This document shows, in pieces, positions 12,593 to 23,514 of a stretch of DNA of 64,000 nucleotides. The notes beneath the pieces were generated by a model, which did not search any database, was not told the DNA's origin, and was given only the letters and a program-made list of their open reading frames with translations. Source of the stretch: Vezdaea acicularis (taxonomy: Eukaryota). The stretch lies in assembly GCA_026025075.1 (NCBI GenBank), contig JAPEUI010000013.1:1-64000 (forward strand), read 5' to 3'. A program made the position numbers and the translations under genes. Numbering within the stretch: the stretch's first letter is position 1; each line of letters opens with the position of its first letter.

Positions 12593-12981
12593 TGCAATAC
12601 TGGCCAGAATATTGCATTTTCGTCTATGTTAGGAGTTGGAAATCGATACTGCGTTGTGATATGAGATACCACTCTAGGCAAGTTAAACTTTTATATTTGT
12701 TCGGAAGCTTAGATCTATTGCCAGCCCTGAAAGCACACTAACTCTTTACCTCCAGCTGCCCACGTAACACAAGTAAGGTCCTTCGGCACGGTGTTCATTT
12801 GACTTTTGGACCTTGATCGGTCTGTCGATTCTTCGCCTTTTGCTCCATTGATCCCGTGCAAGCCCAATTGTCATCCCAAACTCTATGGAGTTGATCCTAT
12901 GGTAACAAGCTTCATTGGGGCTCCAGATCGACAAAAATGAGGTTGTTCTCATTACTTCCTTGATTTCCAGCTTAAGCCTTG

Positions 12982-13605
12982 CTACCTCCTCAAATTTGAG
13001 GCAGCGAAGAGTTCTGCTCTATAGACACGGGAGCAATATCTGCTGTAGGTTGCCTCAGCGTGTGGTTGATACCCATCGCATTGCTGATCGTTACGGCTCG
13101 ATGGCCCATCTCCCTTTACTACTTCCGGTTGATAGGCCTTGATAAGATCGCTTCCATGTTGCCTGCTCTCCCAGGCTCCCCAGTCGCGAAGGCGATCCGC
13201 CTTTCGTGGACGAGCAGGTCCTGGGTCTGATCGGCTTCGGCGCCCATCACAAGAACAAGCATCTTTACAGTATTGGACGAGGTATGTGCTCTCATAGTAA
13301 CCCCAGTTCACCGCCCGGCAAACAAGAACCCCGCCGAAAAGGGTACTTTCGAATGAACCGGCCAAATCACATCGGCAAGAGATATACGGGCCTTGCACTG
13401 CGCCAGCGGCGTCCGTGTATATCGGAGGGACGCCGATACATAGAGCCTCGATGGAATCATACGCTGAGGGCTGACTTTCACGAGGCCAGCCGGCTTCAGG
13501 CAGTTCACCGCTACAGGTTGGTATCCCCCAGACTTCAGCCAAGCCCTCACGGAAGAGGAAAGCCGCGACTAAGAGATATACGTTCTGAAAGGGCACAGAG
13601 ACCAT
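12982..13605 (-). CDS. Secreted cysteine-rich protein, 8-Cys family paralogue A (207 aa)
   Basis: Signal-peptide-like N-terminus (VYLLVAAFLFREGLA). Motif PTC..LP..GWP..Y.SIEALC..CRC..C..W..LVQYCKDACSC is shared with four other ORFs in the window. Confidence 0.75.
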   Translation of the reverse strand: MVSVPFQNVYLLVAAFLFREGLAEVWGIPTCSGELPEAGWPRESQPSAYDSIEALCIGVPPIYTDAAGAVQGPYISCRCDLAGSFESTLFGGVLVCRAVNWGYYESTYLVQYCKDACSCDGRRSRSDPGPARPRKADRLRDWGAWESRQHGSDLIKAYQPEVVKGDGPSSRNDQQCDGYQPHAEATYSRYCSRVYRAELFAASNLRR

Positions 13606-13963
13606 TTGACTGCGACAACCACGGTAAAAACTTGGTCCAAATCATTAAATCATGGAGACGCCCACATGCCTGTATTAAGCCCTAGTGACAATGTTTCGGT
13701 AATCAGTTACGCTCATGCTGGGAAGGTTAAGGATTTAAAACAAAGTTGCCACCGCGGATGCGCAATATCGCGCACCCGGGCCTTCTGGCTGTCTTATCAC
13801 TTAGCGTTATCACTTCGGGGAGCGTTTAAATCTTTTAGATATCTTAGCCTCCTAAACTCTCCAAAAACTACAGCAATTACCCTGATTAAGACGCCCCGGA
13901 TTGAGGAGGGAAAAGCGCCATGACAATTAGAACTGATAAATCCTGTACTCTTACATCTCGCCA

Positions 13964-14617
13964 TTATCCAAATGCAGAACCAGCTGATATGAGTGATAGG
14001 CACGAGCCTGGCCGCCTTGCAACTCCCAATTTAGGGCCTATGCTACCGTTGCGGCTCCATCTTCTACTTTTTCGCACGCATCCGACTAAGTTGCTACATG
14101 TGTCCATGCTACAGCGGTCGCCCTCTCCTATCTCACCAATGTTCCCGAACGTTGATTTACGTCGGTTCGTTCTCTCCGGCGAAGTACCTTTGATTCCAAA
14201 GCCTTGACTAGTACCCTCAATTCTACCTTGTGTACTTGCCGATCTTAGCATTGCACCAAAGTTCCTACTCTCGTCGTTGAACTCGGTTGGACATCGGCAT
14301 TTTTCTTTGCAATAGGCTTCCAGCTGCCCATGATCGCCCCCCCAGATATGTTCGTCGGGAAAACAATTTACCTCTCCATCAGAGAAGCAGAAACAACGTA
14401 GCGAGGGAAGGCGTGCTTGTCGAGCAACGCCGTGGCAGAGGTGATCGAGGTCTTCATAGCTGAGCCGAGGGTTGTTTGATCCTAATCGGCCTTGCACAAT
14501 CTCTGGCCAATATTTATTTTCTGGTAGTTCAGCGTCGCAAATTGGTTGCCATGCAACTATCGGGGCAGTCAACAAAAACTCAAGGAGAACAATATGTGCG
14601 AATAGGTGGCTTATCAT
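13964..14617 (-). CDS. Secreted cysteine-rich protein, 8-Cys family paralogue B (217 aa)
   Basis: Signal peptide (MISHLFAHIVLLEFLLTAPIVA) followed by PIC..LP..YWP..YEDLDHLC..CFC..C..W..LEAYCKEKCRC. Confidence 0.75.
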   Translation of the reverse strand: MISHLFAHIVLLEFLLTAPIVAWQPICDAELPENKYWPEIVQGRLGSNNPRLSYEDLDHLCHGVARQARLPSLRCFCFSDGEVNCFPDEHIWGGDHGQLEAYCKEKCRCPTEFNDESRNFGAMLRSASTQGRIEGTSQGFGIKGTSPERTNRRKSTFGNIGEIGEGDRCSMDTCSNLVGCVRKSRRWSRNGSIGPKLGVARRPGSCLSLISAGSAFG

Positions 14618-15138
14618 CGCGACGCATCGGAAGAGTTACAGCTTCGCGTACATCAGCAGCTCTTCTGTACAAATCTGAGTTCATAGAGCTCTATGTTTGA
14701 AGACGTGTCATATGGATTTTGTATATGTCAACTGACTGGTTTGAGGGTCTAGAGATGTAGATACATCTTACGCCATTCGAGATTTGCGGCACATACATAC
14801 AAGATACACGTCATATTTGCCAAATTGTAGGAGTCTCCACTTGTACTATACAATCCTTCATTAATTCAGGGGTCATACATTGCGCACGGATAGTGTTGAG
14901 ATTATATCGCGCAAAGCAAGTGAAATTGAGGATACGGGTTTCAGTACTCCAGTATCATCTACGACCCATTGTCTCGGACCTCTGCATATCAGCATAAGCT
15001 ATTATGCAAATAAAGACCTCTAGTTCCTAGTAATATCGAGTCGATCATGCTCCGGAATCCTGGCTCTATTGTCATTACCCAGAAATCGGACGGAAAACAT
15101 CAAAGTTCAAAGCGCGCCAAGATCCTCGGAATGGGGCT

Positions 15139-16011
15139 TCAGCGGATATAAATTCCTCCGACTTTTAAAGCAGGGTCCTCCCAAACAATTCCGTTAGGCG
15201 AACCACAACAGCTCTGGGAGATCCACGATGAGTTGCAAGCACACAAAGGCGCATCCGCGCTCCTCTTCCGCATTCCGAAAAAAGAGGAGCTAGTTCTCGA
15301 TCTTCCCATTGTGCTTTCAACAATGCCGCAGCCGCCGAGCCTCAAGAAGTGCCCACTCTGCTCCCGTAATAAGCACACAGCTCTTTCGCAGCCCTCAATC
15401 TCTCGTATACCATTGCAGTCGGCTGAACTTGAACAGGTCGAAGTAGCCAAACATGTGGGGTCAGAATTGGCAGGCGTCTTCTCAGACATAAAGAATCCAG
15501 ACTCTTGGAGTATGTCAAACTCTGTTGACAGCCTATTCCGCACCCGAGGCGTGAGATGAAAGGCATATCCATTGTGAAGTCTGTGACGAGAGGGTTGTGA
15601 ATCTTCATTTTCCGAATGCTCCTCTTCGTCTGAGCTTGAATCCGAGTCATAGCACTCGCAAGCCTCTTCACAGAACCTCTGCAGCCTATTGGTACCTTCA
15701 TGGGAGGTGTCTAGCCATCGTAAAGGCGGGCGGCAGGTCAGTCTCGTTGGCGCGTTTGTTGAGGCGCAGAGGCAATGCATTGAGGGCCCTGGAAACTCGT
15801 GGATGTAAGTGCAAAGACTTTGGATGTCGGGATAAGTATCCCAGGGTTGTTCCCCAGCTTCAGGAGGCCAGCCATCTGTCGGCAATGGACCATCATAACA
15901 GTAAGGCGTTATCAAGGCGTCGATTCCTTTTGGGGATGTAAATGTTGGCCACATGGTTGCTAGTAGCCATAACCTAAATATTCTTAAGAATTTTTCAGGG
16001 GCTTTAGACAT
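15139..16011 (-). CDS. Secreted cysteine-rich protein, 8-Cys family paralogue C (290 aa from ATG 16011), full three-module form
   Basis: PYC..LP..GWP..YPDIQSLC..CLC..C..W..LQRFCEEACEC, then an acidic linker, a second Cys module, and RKR followed by CACNSSWISQSCC..GIVWEDPALKVG. The start was chosen at MSKAPEKFLRIFRLWLLATMW; the signal peptide is less clear than in the paralogues. Confidence 0.75.
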   Translation of the reverse strand: MSKAPEKFLRIFRLWLLATMWPTFTSPKGIDALITPYCYDGPLPTDGWPPEAGEQPWDTYPDIQSLCTYIHEFPGPSMHCLCASTNAPTRLTCRPPLRWLDTSHEGTNRLQRFCEEACECYDSDSSSDEEEHSENEDSQPSRHRLHNGYAFHLTPRVRNRLSTEFDILQESGFFMSEKTPANSDPTCLATSTCSSSADCNGIREIEGCERAVCLLREQSGHFLRLGGCGIVESTMGRSRTSSSFFGMRKRSADAPLCACNSSWISQSCCGSPNGIVWEDPALKVGGIYIR

Positions 16012-16402
16012 GGCTCTAATATGGTCGATCCGTGGGCCAGCTTGCCAAAGAATGTCATTTACTGGTTTGAAATAGCACGCTTGCTTTCCATGGTTCTTCT
16101 GGTTGCTCAGTGTAGGATTTATGGCGGGACGTCCAAGCGGTGGATGCTCCATGAATGCGGGATTAATATTGGCAGCGGCATCCTCCCGTCCTAAACCCAC
16201 GGCCTCAAGTTTCAGCCCTTACCATCCCATAGCCCTTTGTTCCAAATCCATTTTAAGGTTACGCCTAGGTCTGTACTTCATATGACATTCATCGTTTGGT
16301 ACTCTGGTACGACCACTACTCCCGCGCGAAGGGCTTCGACACTGCTGGGTCTCTCTTCATCAAGAGCATCAACTCAGCGTGTCAGGTCCGTAGGCACTGT
16401 CT

Positions 16403-17161
16403 ATGGCCTTCCCATTGTTCTTTCTATTGTTTGCTTGCATTTGCAATCTGGTTGCTTGCGTCTCTGATCTCGATAATCTTCCAAACCCGCTTCGACCCGT
16501 ATGTGCTCCAATCGGCCCCCCATATCACGGTTGGGATCCCAGTGGTACCATACACCCTGAGCGGTCTAGCTATCAGAATCTTGAGCAGCTCTGTGTAGGA
16601 AAATATGCTAGTCCTGGCTCCCCTCCTCCACCTCCAAATTTCAACTGCCGTTGTGTTGGGGGACCTCAACGATGGGTACTTGCCTGTGAAAAGCCCGCGA
16701 TCTGGGCCCATAGAACTACCGACAGACTCATAAGCTACTGCAACATCTTCTGCAAGTGTCCTTACGGGCTAGACTTTCAGAGGAGACGTTATATGTTTTA
16801 CGAAGGACGAGGTTGGGTCCTCGAAGTGGATCATAGCGAGATGGAAGAGCCATACGAGTTACCACCAAGCGACAACGAAGATTATGTCATGGATATACTC
16901 AGGGACTACGGATATCACTTCGACCCACTGATCCAAGATATGCCAGAGCCGAGAAACAGTGATCTAGGTCGGAATCCTCGAAGTGCTGGGAAAGATGAGG
17001 CTAAGGCGTATAGGAAAACCCGTGAGGTTGCAGAGTGCAAGCCCCTTTCTAGAAGGAGGAAGAGGAAGGATGATGACAAAGGGAAGACATGTGAATCCTG
17101 GGAGAGGCTAAATAAGTTAGGGTCGATTGGCGGGACTCTACTTGCATCAAACGTTAGATAG
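16403..17161 (+). CDS. Secreted cysteine-rich protein, 8-Cys family paralogue D (252 aa)
   Basis: Signal peptide (MAFPLFFLLFACICNLVAC) followed by PVC..PP..GW..YQNLEQLC..CRC..C..W..LISYCNIFCKC. Divergent from paralogue C. Confidence 0.75.
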   Translation: MAFPLFFLLFACICNLVACVSDLDNLPNPLRPVCAPIGPPYHGWDPSGTIHPERSSYQNLEQLCVGKYASPGSPPPPPNFNCRCVGGPQRWVLACEKPAIWAHRTTDRLISYCNIFCKCPYGLDFQRRRYMFYEGRGWVLEVDHSEMEEPYELPPSDNEDYVMDILRDYGYHFDPLIQDMPEPRNSDLGRNPRSAGKDEAKAYRKTREVAECKPLSRRRKRKDDDKGKTCESWERLNKLGSIGGTLLASNVR

Positions 17162-18277
17162 AGATAAAATTACTAGCACAACAGCTCTATGTGGAGGTTT
17201 CTCTATTCGCTCAAGCAACCAAGCGCTGTTGAAAAATCCATTCGTTGAGACGACGTACGTCAGATGGTCCTTTAGATATGATGAAAGTGCTGAGAATCAT
17301 ATTTCCAAAAAACATTCATGAAACTTCGAAGATCAGAGTTTAAAAATTCTCAAAAAGATACAGATCAGAGAGTTCTGTGTAAAAGTCTGACTGAAGCATT
17401 CTCCTTACCTCGGCCCCTCACATTATTTGTATTCTACTATTCCATGGTATCCAACTGTATTCTCCGCCAGGGCGGATGTGATTGATTCCAAGCAACTGCA
17501 TGAACCCAAGGATCATGGAATCCTTGATTTAGGACAGCCTAAGGCCGCTTTGGCAGCTGAAGAAGGTTTGCGCCTCCCTTCTTTGGGCCTGTCGAAAGGG
17601 ATAAAAGTCATGAATTCCATGAACTGGTTGAGCGTAACTCTGTCGAGTTTAGCTTTGAAGGCAAACGCCAACAAAGATGAAGAGAGATCCTGCAGTCCCA
17701 CCAAAGTCGGTAATGTATCTCATCAACGGATATGATTGAGCTCAAGCGAATAGAAGAGGAGGCTAGGAAAGAAAACCGGATCACAGTACGAAAAGTTCTC
17801 GAAGATTGTGACTTGATCTACCATGTCAATCTCATATGCTTAGCAACCACCTGCGGTTCAATTACACTGGTACATCGCATTTAAGGCTTCGGTATTAAAC
17901 ATAATTAACAACATGACCGAAAGACCTCGAGCTAAGATAACTGATTAGAATTGCGTCTTGCAGATCGACTGCGATAAGATTGCTTCTCTGTGGCGAACAG
18001 AGAGATGTCACCTAGTATGGCGGTCTAGGATTGCCATAACTTTGCATTAGGCATTTAAGAAGAAGGGCGGTGCCATATCAGAGCCTGCAAATAGAGTGTA
18101 GCGATGAAGATCCAGACCGTCGATCTTCAAACCTTCGATTTATATCGAGACCTTGCCACCGCTTCGCAACTGTTACTCATGCAATGTGAGACGTGGATTG
18201 TTCGAATTTATGGACATGTCAGGGCCCAAATCGCGATGATAGACCAATGCGCTCAGCCCTTTCCAGTGATATCCATC

Positions 18278-18517
18278 CTAGGCGCCACCCTCTCTCTTGG
18301 CATATTCCTCCTCGATAGCCTCCTCATAAGCTTTATCCGCGGCATCTTGAGTGTCTGCTTCGCTCCGCTTCTCGCGCGCCTCCGTAATTCTCGTCTCTTC
18401 ATCTCTCTTTTCAGGCTCATTCCCAATTTTTGCTTTAGCCTCCTCTAAGCTAGCCGAATCTAATGCAGCTGTTGCCTCTTGTCGGGCGTCTGCTTTCGTA
18501 AAAGTTGGAGGGCCCAT
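18278..18517 (-). CDS. Small acidic helical hypothetical protein (79 aa) ending YEEAIEEEYAKREGGA
   Basis: ATG at 18517 and a coding-like E/A/K composition. The C-terminal EEEYAKREGGA motif is one I recognise from conserved Pezizomycotina hypothetical proteins. A probable upstream intron (CTAAT...CAG) leaves the start uncertain. Confidence 0.7.
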   Translation of the reverse strand: MGPPTFTKADARQEATAALDSASLEEAKAKIGNEPEKRDEETRITEAREKRSEADTQDAADKAYEEAIEEEYAKREGGA

Positions 18518-18915
18518 CGTTGTTTTGAAATATCCTGTGAACTGAAGCAAATCAGATGACTGCTTCTGCTGATTAGAAGCCTAACGGACCGGAGCAGGGT
18601 AGGTTTATGGGGTCGCAAGGCTTTCTTGAAGGTATTGTGGAAGGGGGCTTGGGTTTCCTCAAGATTTGGTAGCTATCAAGGCGGCACAATAGATGTGTTG
18701 ACTTCAATGATATAGATACCGAGGGTCTTTGCTTAGCGACGTCATAGAGGGGCGAGGTGTTCAACGCGGAGTCTTTATGAACTGCTTGGCAGGAGGTTTA
18801 TATCTTTTTCTCATAGCGGCATTTCTTGGAGAATTTTGATTCGCAGTTCTTATAGAATCACCATGTAGCATCTTTTCTGATCGCTCGACGCCCAGTAGGC
18901 ATATGAATGTATTAA

Positions 18916-19500
18916 TCATTTCGCCAACGCTTGCTCAACCAGACCTTTGGCTTTACCACTAAGATCAATCTTCAAAGCTTCTTCATGACCCTTCTCGCTC
19001 ATCTTAGCCCATGTCTTCCTTATGATTGAAATTATCTTCTCCTCGTCATGCTCCTTCTCAAAATCCTCAAATTGATCGTCAAGAAATACCAAGCAAGCTG
19101 TATCCTCTAAGGTTTGCGTTTCTTCATCTTTCTTTAAATCTTCCTTTCTTATGAGTGATGCTACTCTGCCAGCATCTTCGTCCGAGTAGCCGCACTGGAT
19201 GCATATCTCCTCTGCTTGGGTAGCTTGTCGCTTTTTGAGAAACGTCCGCCACGCGAAATAGCCGGCCCTAGTCATCGGATATGAGGAGCGCGGGACCTCC
19301 CATCGTCGGAAATGCTGAGCGCGAATGGCAATCTGCAACATCTCCGACGCGTTTGGATCCAGTCTCTGAAGATAGCTGGACATCTTGCGCGCGTAATGTA
19401 ATTCGTATGGGACGTCCGTACCATCATTGATAATGTTTTTGGGGTCTTCGGCATGTCCTGCGTCAATTATGGACAAAGCTTTCTCTAGCTTGGTGGCCAT
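18916..19500 (-). CDS. DUF4202 family protein
   Basis: Motifs IDAGHAEDP, PYELHYARKM, AIRAQHFRRWEVPRSSYP..RAGY..WR, QTLEDTACLVFL and KTWAKMS. ATG at 19500, intronless. Confidence 0.88.
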   Translation of the reverse strand: MATKLEKALSIIDAGHAEDPKNIINDGTDVPYELHYARKMSSYLQRLDPNASEMLQIAIRAQHFRRWEVPRSSYPMTRAGYFAWRTFLKKRQATQAEEICIQCGYSDEDAGRVASLIRKEDLKKDEETQTLEDTACLVFLDDQFEDFEKEHDEEKIISIIRKTWAKMSEKGHEEALKIDLSGKAKGLVEQALAK

Positions 19501-19645
19501 AGGACCTTCCAATACAGTAGGCTAAGATTTTCACCGCACTTTGACTGAGTGAAGTGTCCTTGGTTAGCTGTTGTTGAGAGACCGAAATCATCTAGATGAA
19601 GGAGTTTGATAGTTCTTATCACATCTTAAAACAAACGGGGTGCTA

Positions 19646-19728
19646 CAGTGGGGAGGCAAAAGTCTGAATACACCTTGGCCTCGCTTCACGCGCCGAGGTG
19701 TATTCAAATATATGCCCCGCCCCCACTG
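19646..19728. mobile_element. ~83-bp Tc1/mariner-type miniature inverted-repeat element, left copy
   Basis: TA|CAGTGGGGAGGCAAAAGTCTGAATACACC, then a 22-bp core, then GGTGTATTCAAATATATGCCCCGCCCCCACTG|TT. Confidence 0.8.
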
Positions 19729-20125
19729 TTCGAAAGATGAGAAGGCAAAGAAGGAAACCAACCTTCCAATACTTTCTCGTTCACATATGATGATTAGAAT
19801 CTATATGTGTAACGCATTTCAAAAATTTAATGTCCTTAGCAGCGGAGGCTGGCGAGGAACATTGGAAGATCTACGACATGTACCTAACATTGACACTGTA
19901 CATTTTTGTTATATTAATGGCTGCTTTTGTTGCTAAATTGGCACTGGAGCCCGTCTGGCACCTCTTTTAGAGTGTGACATGCTTCCAGGTGGAGTGGAGG
20001 CTATCAGAAAATCTTAGGGTGACTAGTTCTCTCAGAACTGTAAGCTTTGTTCTTAGATCCTAAGAACAAAAACATAGGAGACATCTGAGTTGAGATCCTA
20101 GCTCAGGAGGTCGGCGGCTTTGTTA

Positions 20126-20207
20126 CAGTAGGGGGGCGGAAGTCTGAATGCATTTCGGCGCGTGAAGCGAGGCCAAGGTGTATTCAGACTTTTGCCCCCC
20201 CCCACTG
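20126..20207. mobile_element. 82-bp Tc1/mariner-type miniature inverted-repeat element, right copy, inverted relative to the left copy
   Basis: TA|CAGTAGGGGGGCGGAAGTCTGAATGCATT, core TCGGCGCGTGAAGCGAGGCCAA (reverse complement of the left core), then GGTGTATTCAGACTTTTGCCCCCCCCCACTG|TA. Confidence 0.82.
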
Positions 20208-21393
20208 TACCCTGGATCTTAGAGGAAAGCTTGAGCCTTTCAACCAATAGACATTTGCTTAGCTCATGTTTTTCTGAGCCTGACCTCGTTGGAATGAAAT
20301 GTTCGATCTAACTGCTACAACTCGGTCTGATGGATCTAATTTTTTGAACACTACGTTGGTCTTTGGGAGATCGCAGTTGTGGCAGGGGAAAGAATGCGTC
20401 TATATCGAGTGGGAAGGCTTATTATGGTAACTGATGGGACGAACATCAAGACTTCAAGGCGTGTACCTGAAAACAAGACAACCATTATTGGGGGCGCAAG
20501 ACGCCGTTGATACTTCGAACTTGTATCTATGTCGTAGCGGGACCTATGAGATATGGTATCTCGAGTTTATTGTGGTAGTACCATTAGAAATCGCAGATGC
20601 ACTGGGGGGCGGGTAATTGCTCTGAGCCCAGCAAGCGAAAGCGTACCCGCACCACAGAGTGCTTGCCTACAGGCAGCAGTAAGACGACAACGAAACCTGC
20701 TAGACTCGAGTAGATGGTTCTCGAAGCAGCCTACCTTTGATGAATCTGACCAATTGTGCTTGTTCCTCGATGCCTGAAACCCAAGTGCTCAGGAACTGGC
20801 AACTAAGAGAGCAACACCATAATTTATACATGGAACTCAGCCTAGCTGATGCGGCTCCGAGAGCTGACCTTCAACATATGATCAAGATGATCAACTCGGA
20901 AAACCCTGCATTGGAACGGCCGAATTCTGGATGAATCGCATCACTGCTCTTCTCCCGATTGTCTGACTCCTAACATCATGCTCTAGGTTAACATTGCTCT
21001 GCACTTCATCGTGAAAGGTCACTTCTCCGCCCTGGCGAGACAGATGGCGCTAGAGCCAATCAGCTTAAGTGTGTTCAAGTGCGCTCTGGGAGCCTGGCGA
21101 CTAAGACTCATATCCGTGTCAGCCTTGCCGTTATTGGCCCTGTGAATCGAAAAGATTTAGGCGGTAAGCTACTCAGGCATCAGCCTCGTTGCCGAATACT
21201 TAAACATCCCGCCCAAGCTCTCAACATCAAATACAACCGAAGAATTGATCTACTATTCTTGATCATATCACCGTAAGTAGTGCTCAATAGCTGTAGCTAT
21301 TTTTCTAGGATGTTGCCCACCCGTACTCGTGTATAGGTCACTTCACCATATCAATCCACCGAATCTAGTAGCTGACAAACGATAATTTAGCAA

Positions 21394-23514
21394 ATGGCTT
21401 CACGAGGCCGTGGTCGCAACAGAATGCCTCCTCCAGCTCCGCCCAGCTTTGACGATGATGCTGGACCTGGCCCGGCAACAGAAGAGATCGAACAAGTTCA
21501 GGCGACATCGACTAGAGGCACCAAAGCCGAGCTGAAGCAGCTCGATGGCCGATACGACCACTTGGGGAATTACAATGTGACTGACAGCAGTGTCTCCATT
21601 TTGGATAATGCCGATGGTGAATCTGAGCCACATGCAGACTTCGCTCTCGTAAGCACAAGAGTGTACGGCGTTGATGGAGTTTATCAATCCACCAACCTCG
21701 AGATCAAATCGAGACTCATCAAGAAGGTCCTCCGAAAGGTTATCAAATATTACCCTGGACAGCCGGTAGATACTGCACAACTCACTCTCAGCGATCCTCC
21801 GAAGCCTTTATTCCACTACAGACAGGAGTTAGAGGATTATCGCCACCAGAAAGCTGATGAGGAGACAAAAAAGCATCTTGACCTCCTCTTCAAGTTCGTT
21901 GACAGCCTGCTTAAAACCCAGGTTGAGCGCTTCAAGGATCTTGCGAAGCGTGGCCTTACTTCTTTCGGTGTCGTATGGATGTTGTTCAAGCCGGGCGACC
22001 TCGTCTTCACGGAAAAGGATGGACAGCCTTGTGCTTACATGATCCAAAAGTGCGAGTCTGTCAGTACCTTCTTCGGAAAATATTGGCAATTGACTTGTGC
22101 TGCCACCAATTATAACGGAACTCGCATTGGCCGTGCCACTGAGACATTGACGGTCCGCAGTTTCGAAGGAACTCGCGATATCACATCTTTAAACGTCTTT
22201 CCTCTCAAATATCATCCAAAAGAAGCACAAATCAAGCATCAACTTCTTGAACGGGGAAAGCGGTTCGTTGCTATGCAAGGAACTCATTATATGTCATACA
22301 AAGGCTTAGCTCAAGAGTTAACCGAGGGAAGCCGTATTGACTACGACGATGAGATGTCCATGGACGGAGAGCGACTTTACAAAACGATCCTCGTCAACGG
22401 AAGAATTATGGTGGATGCTGCAACCTTTTCACGCATTAATCCCTCGAACCGGATCCGGTTTGAGGGAGATTCAACCGTGAAGTGTGACTGCAGTAGCTGT
22501 CGAGCACGAGCGTCACCTTCCTCATCTCTACCTGATCCGGAGTCAAATCTGCCTCCTGGGGGCATCACGAAAGCAGAACAAGAAGGAGACCATGCCATAA
22601 CCGCCCTGAGCGAGAGAGACACCATGCTGTGTTCTCCGTTTGTTCTAGGCTTCTCGCTGCAAAATAAGAAATGGTGTCGCTTCTTTATTGATATGGTAAA
22701 ACCAGTCGAGCTGAACACCCAGGCGTTCTCTCAACTCGTGATGGACCAGGAAAAGAAAGAGCTAGTCCTCGCTATGGTGGAAGCTCACGTTGATGAGGAT
22801 AATGAATTCGACGACATCATTCAAGGAAAAGGCAAGAGCTTAATCATGCTACTTCATGGCGCCCCCGGTGTTGGGAAAACGCTCACCGCAGAGTCTATCG
22901 CCGACTACACTAAACGGCCTCTCTACATGGTTAGTAGCGGCGAGTTAGGCACCCACGCCACTGAGGTCGAAAGTACCCTGCAAGGCATACTTGACATTGC
23001 TACTACATGGAAAGCAGTGGTTCTCCTCGACGAAGCAGATGTATTCCTATCTCAGCGATCAGGCACCGACGTTGAGCGAAACGCTCTCGTGTCGATCTTT
23101 CTGCGTCTCCTCGAGTATTATGAGGGCATTCTCTTCTTGACCTCAAACCGTGTTGAGTCATTTGACTTGGCCTTCAAGTCCCGAATTCACATCGCCCTGA
23201 ACTATCCCACCCTCACTCGTCCTATCAGACGCCAGATCTGGAGCGACTTTATCAATCGCCTGCCTAAAAATACCTGGGACCTTGACCTTGAGAAGGATCT
23301 TAGCGTGCTCGACCTGGAAGATATCAATGGCCGACAGATCAAGAACTGCACGAAGACTTCTGCCGCACTTGCACGCAAGAAGGGCGAGAAAATGCAGCTC
23401 AAGCACCTCGAGACCACGCTTGCTACTATCCGTGAGTTCGAAAGAGACTTTGCAAAGGATCGCCAGAACGGAGATGTACGGACAGTACTGATTGCTAACG
23501 AGAACGGCGTCTGA
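21394..23514 (+). CDS. Fungal AAA+ ATPase with long N-terminal domain (706 aa)
   Basis: Walker A HGAPGVGKTLTAE, Walker B LLDEADVFL, FLRLLEYYEGILFLTSNR, AFKSRIH and NGRQIKN. A probable 5' intron GTAAGT...CTGAC...TAG lies at ~21273-21390. Confidence 0.93.
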   Translation: MASRGRGRNRMPPPAPPSFDDDAGPGPATEEIEQVQATSTRGTKAELKQLDGRYDHLGNYNVTDSSVSILDNADGESEPHADFALVSTRVYGVDGVYQSTNLEIKSRLIKKVLRKVIKYYPGQPVDTAQLTLSDPPKPLFHYRQELEDYRHQKADEETKKHLDLLFKFVDSLLKTQVERFKDLAKRGLTSFGVVWMLFKPGDLVFTEKDGQPCAYMIQKCESVSTFFGKYWQLTCAATNYNGTRIGRATETLTVRSFEGTRDITSLNVFPLKYHPKEAQIKHQLLERGKRFVAMQGTHYMSYKGLAQELTEGSRIDYDDEMSMDGERLYKTILVNGRIMVDAATFSRINPSNRIRFEGDSTVKCDCSSCRARASPSSSLPDPESNLPPGGITKAEQEGDHAITALSERDTMLCSPFVLGFSLQNKKWCRFFIDMVKPVELNTQAFSQLVMDQEKKELVLAMVEAHVDEDNEFDDIIQGKGKSLIMLLHGAPGVGKTLTAESIADYTKRPLYMVSSGELGTHATEVESTLQGILDIATTWKAVVLLDEADVFLSQRSGTDVERNALVSIFLRLLEYYEGILFLTSNRVESFDLAFKSRIHIALNYPTLTRPIRRQIWSDFINRLPKNTWDLDLEKDLSVLDLEDINGRQIKNCTKTSAALARKKGEKMQLKHLETTLATIREFERDFAKDRQNGDVRTVLIANENGV

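Noticed and set aside
15139..16200. 353-aa version of paralogue C starting at 16200
   Set aside because: It uses a non-ATG start and a hydrophilic extension. ATG 16011 better matches the paralogues' length and places the hydrophobic segment at the N-terminus.
17420..18100. Possible decayed plus-strand gene (LKRIEEEARKENRITVRKVLED; IDCDKIASLW)
   Set aside because: The fragments look protein-like, but I could not build a consistent spliced frame or identify a family.
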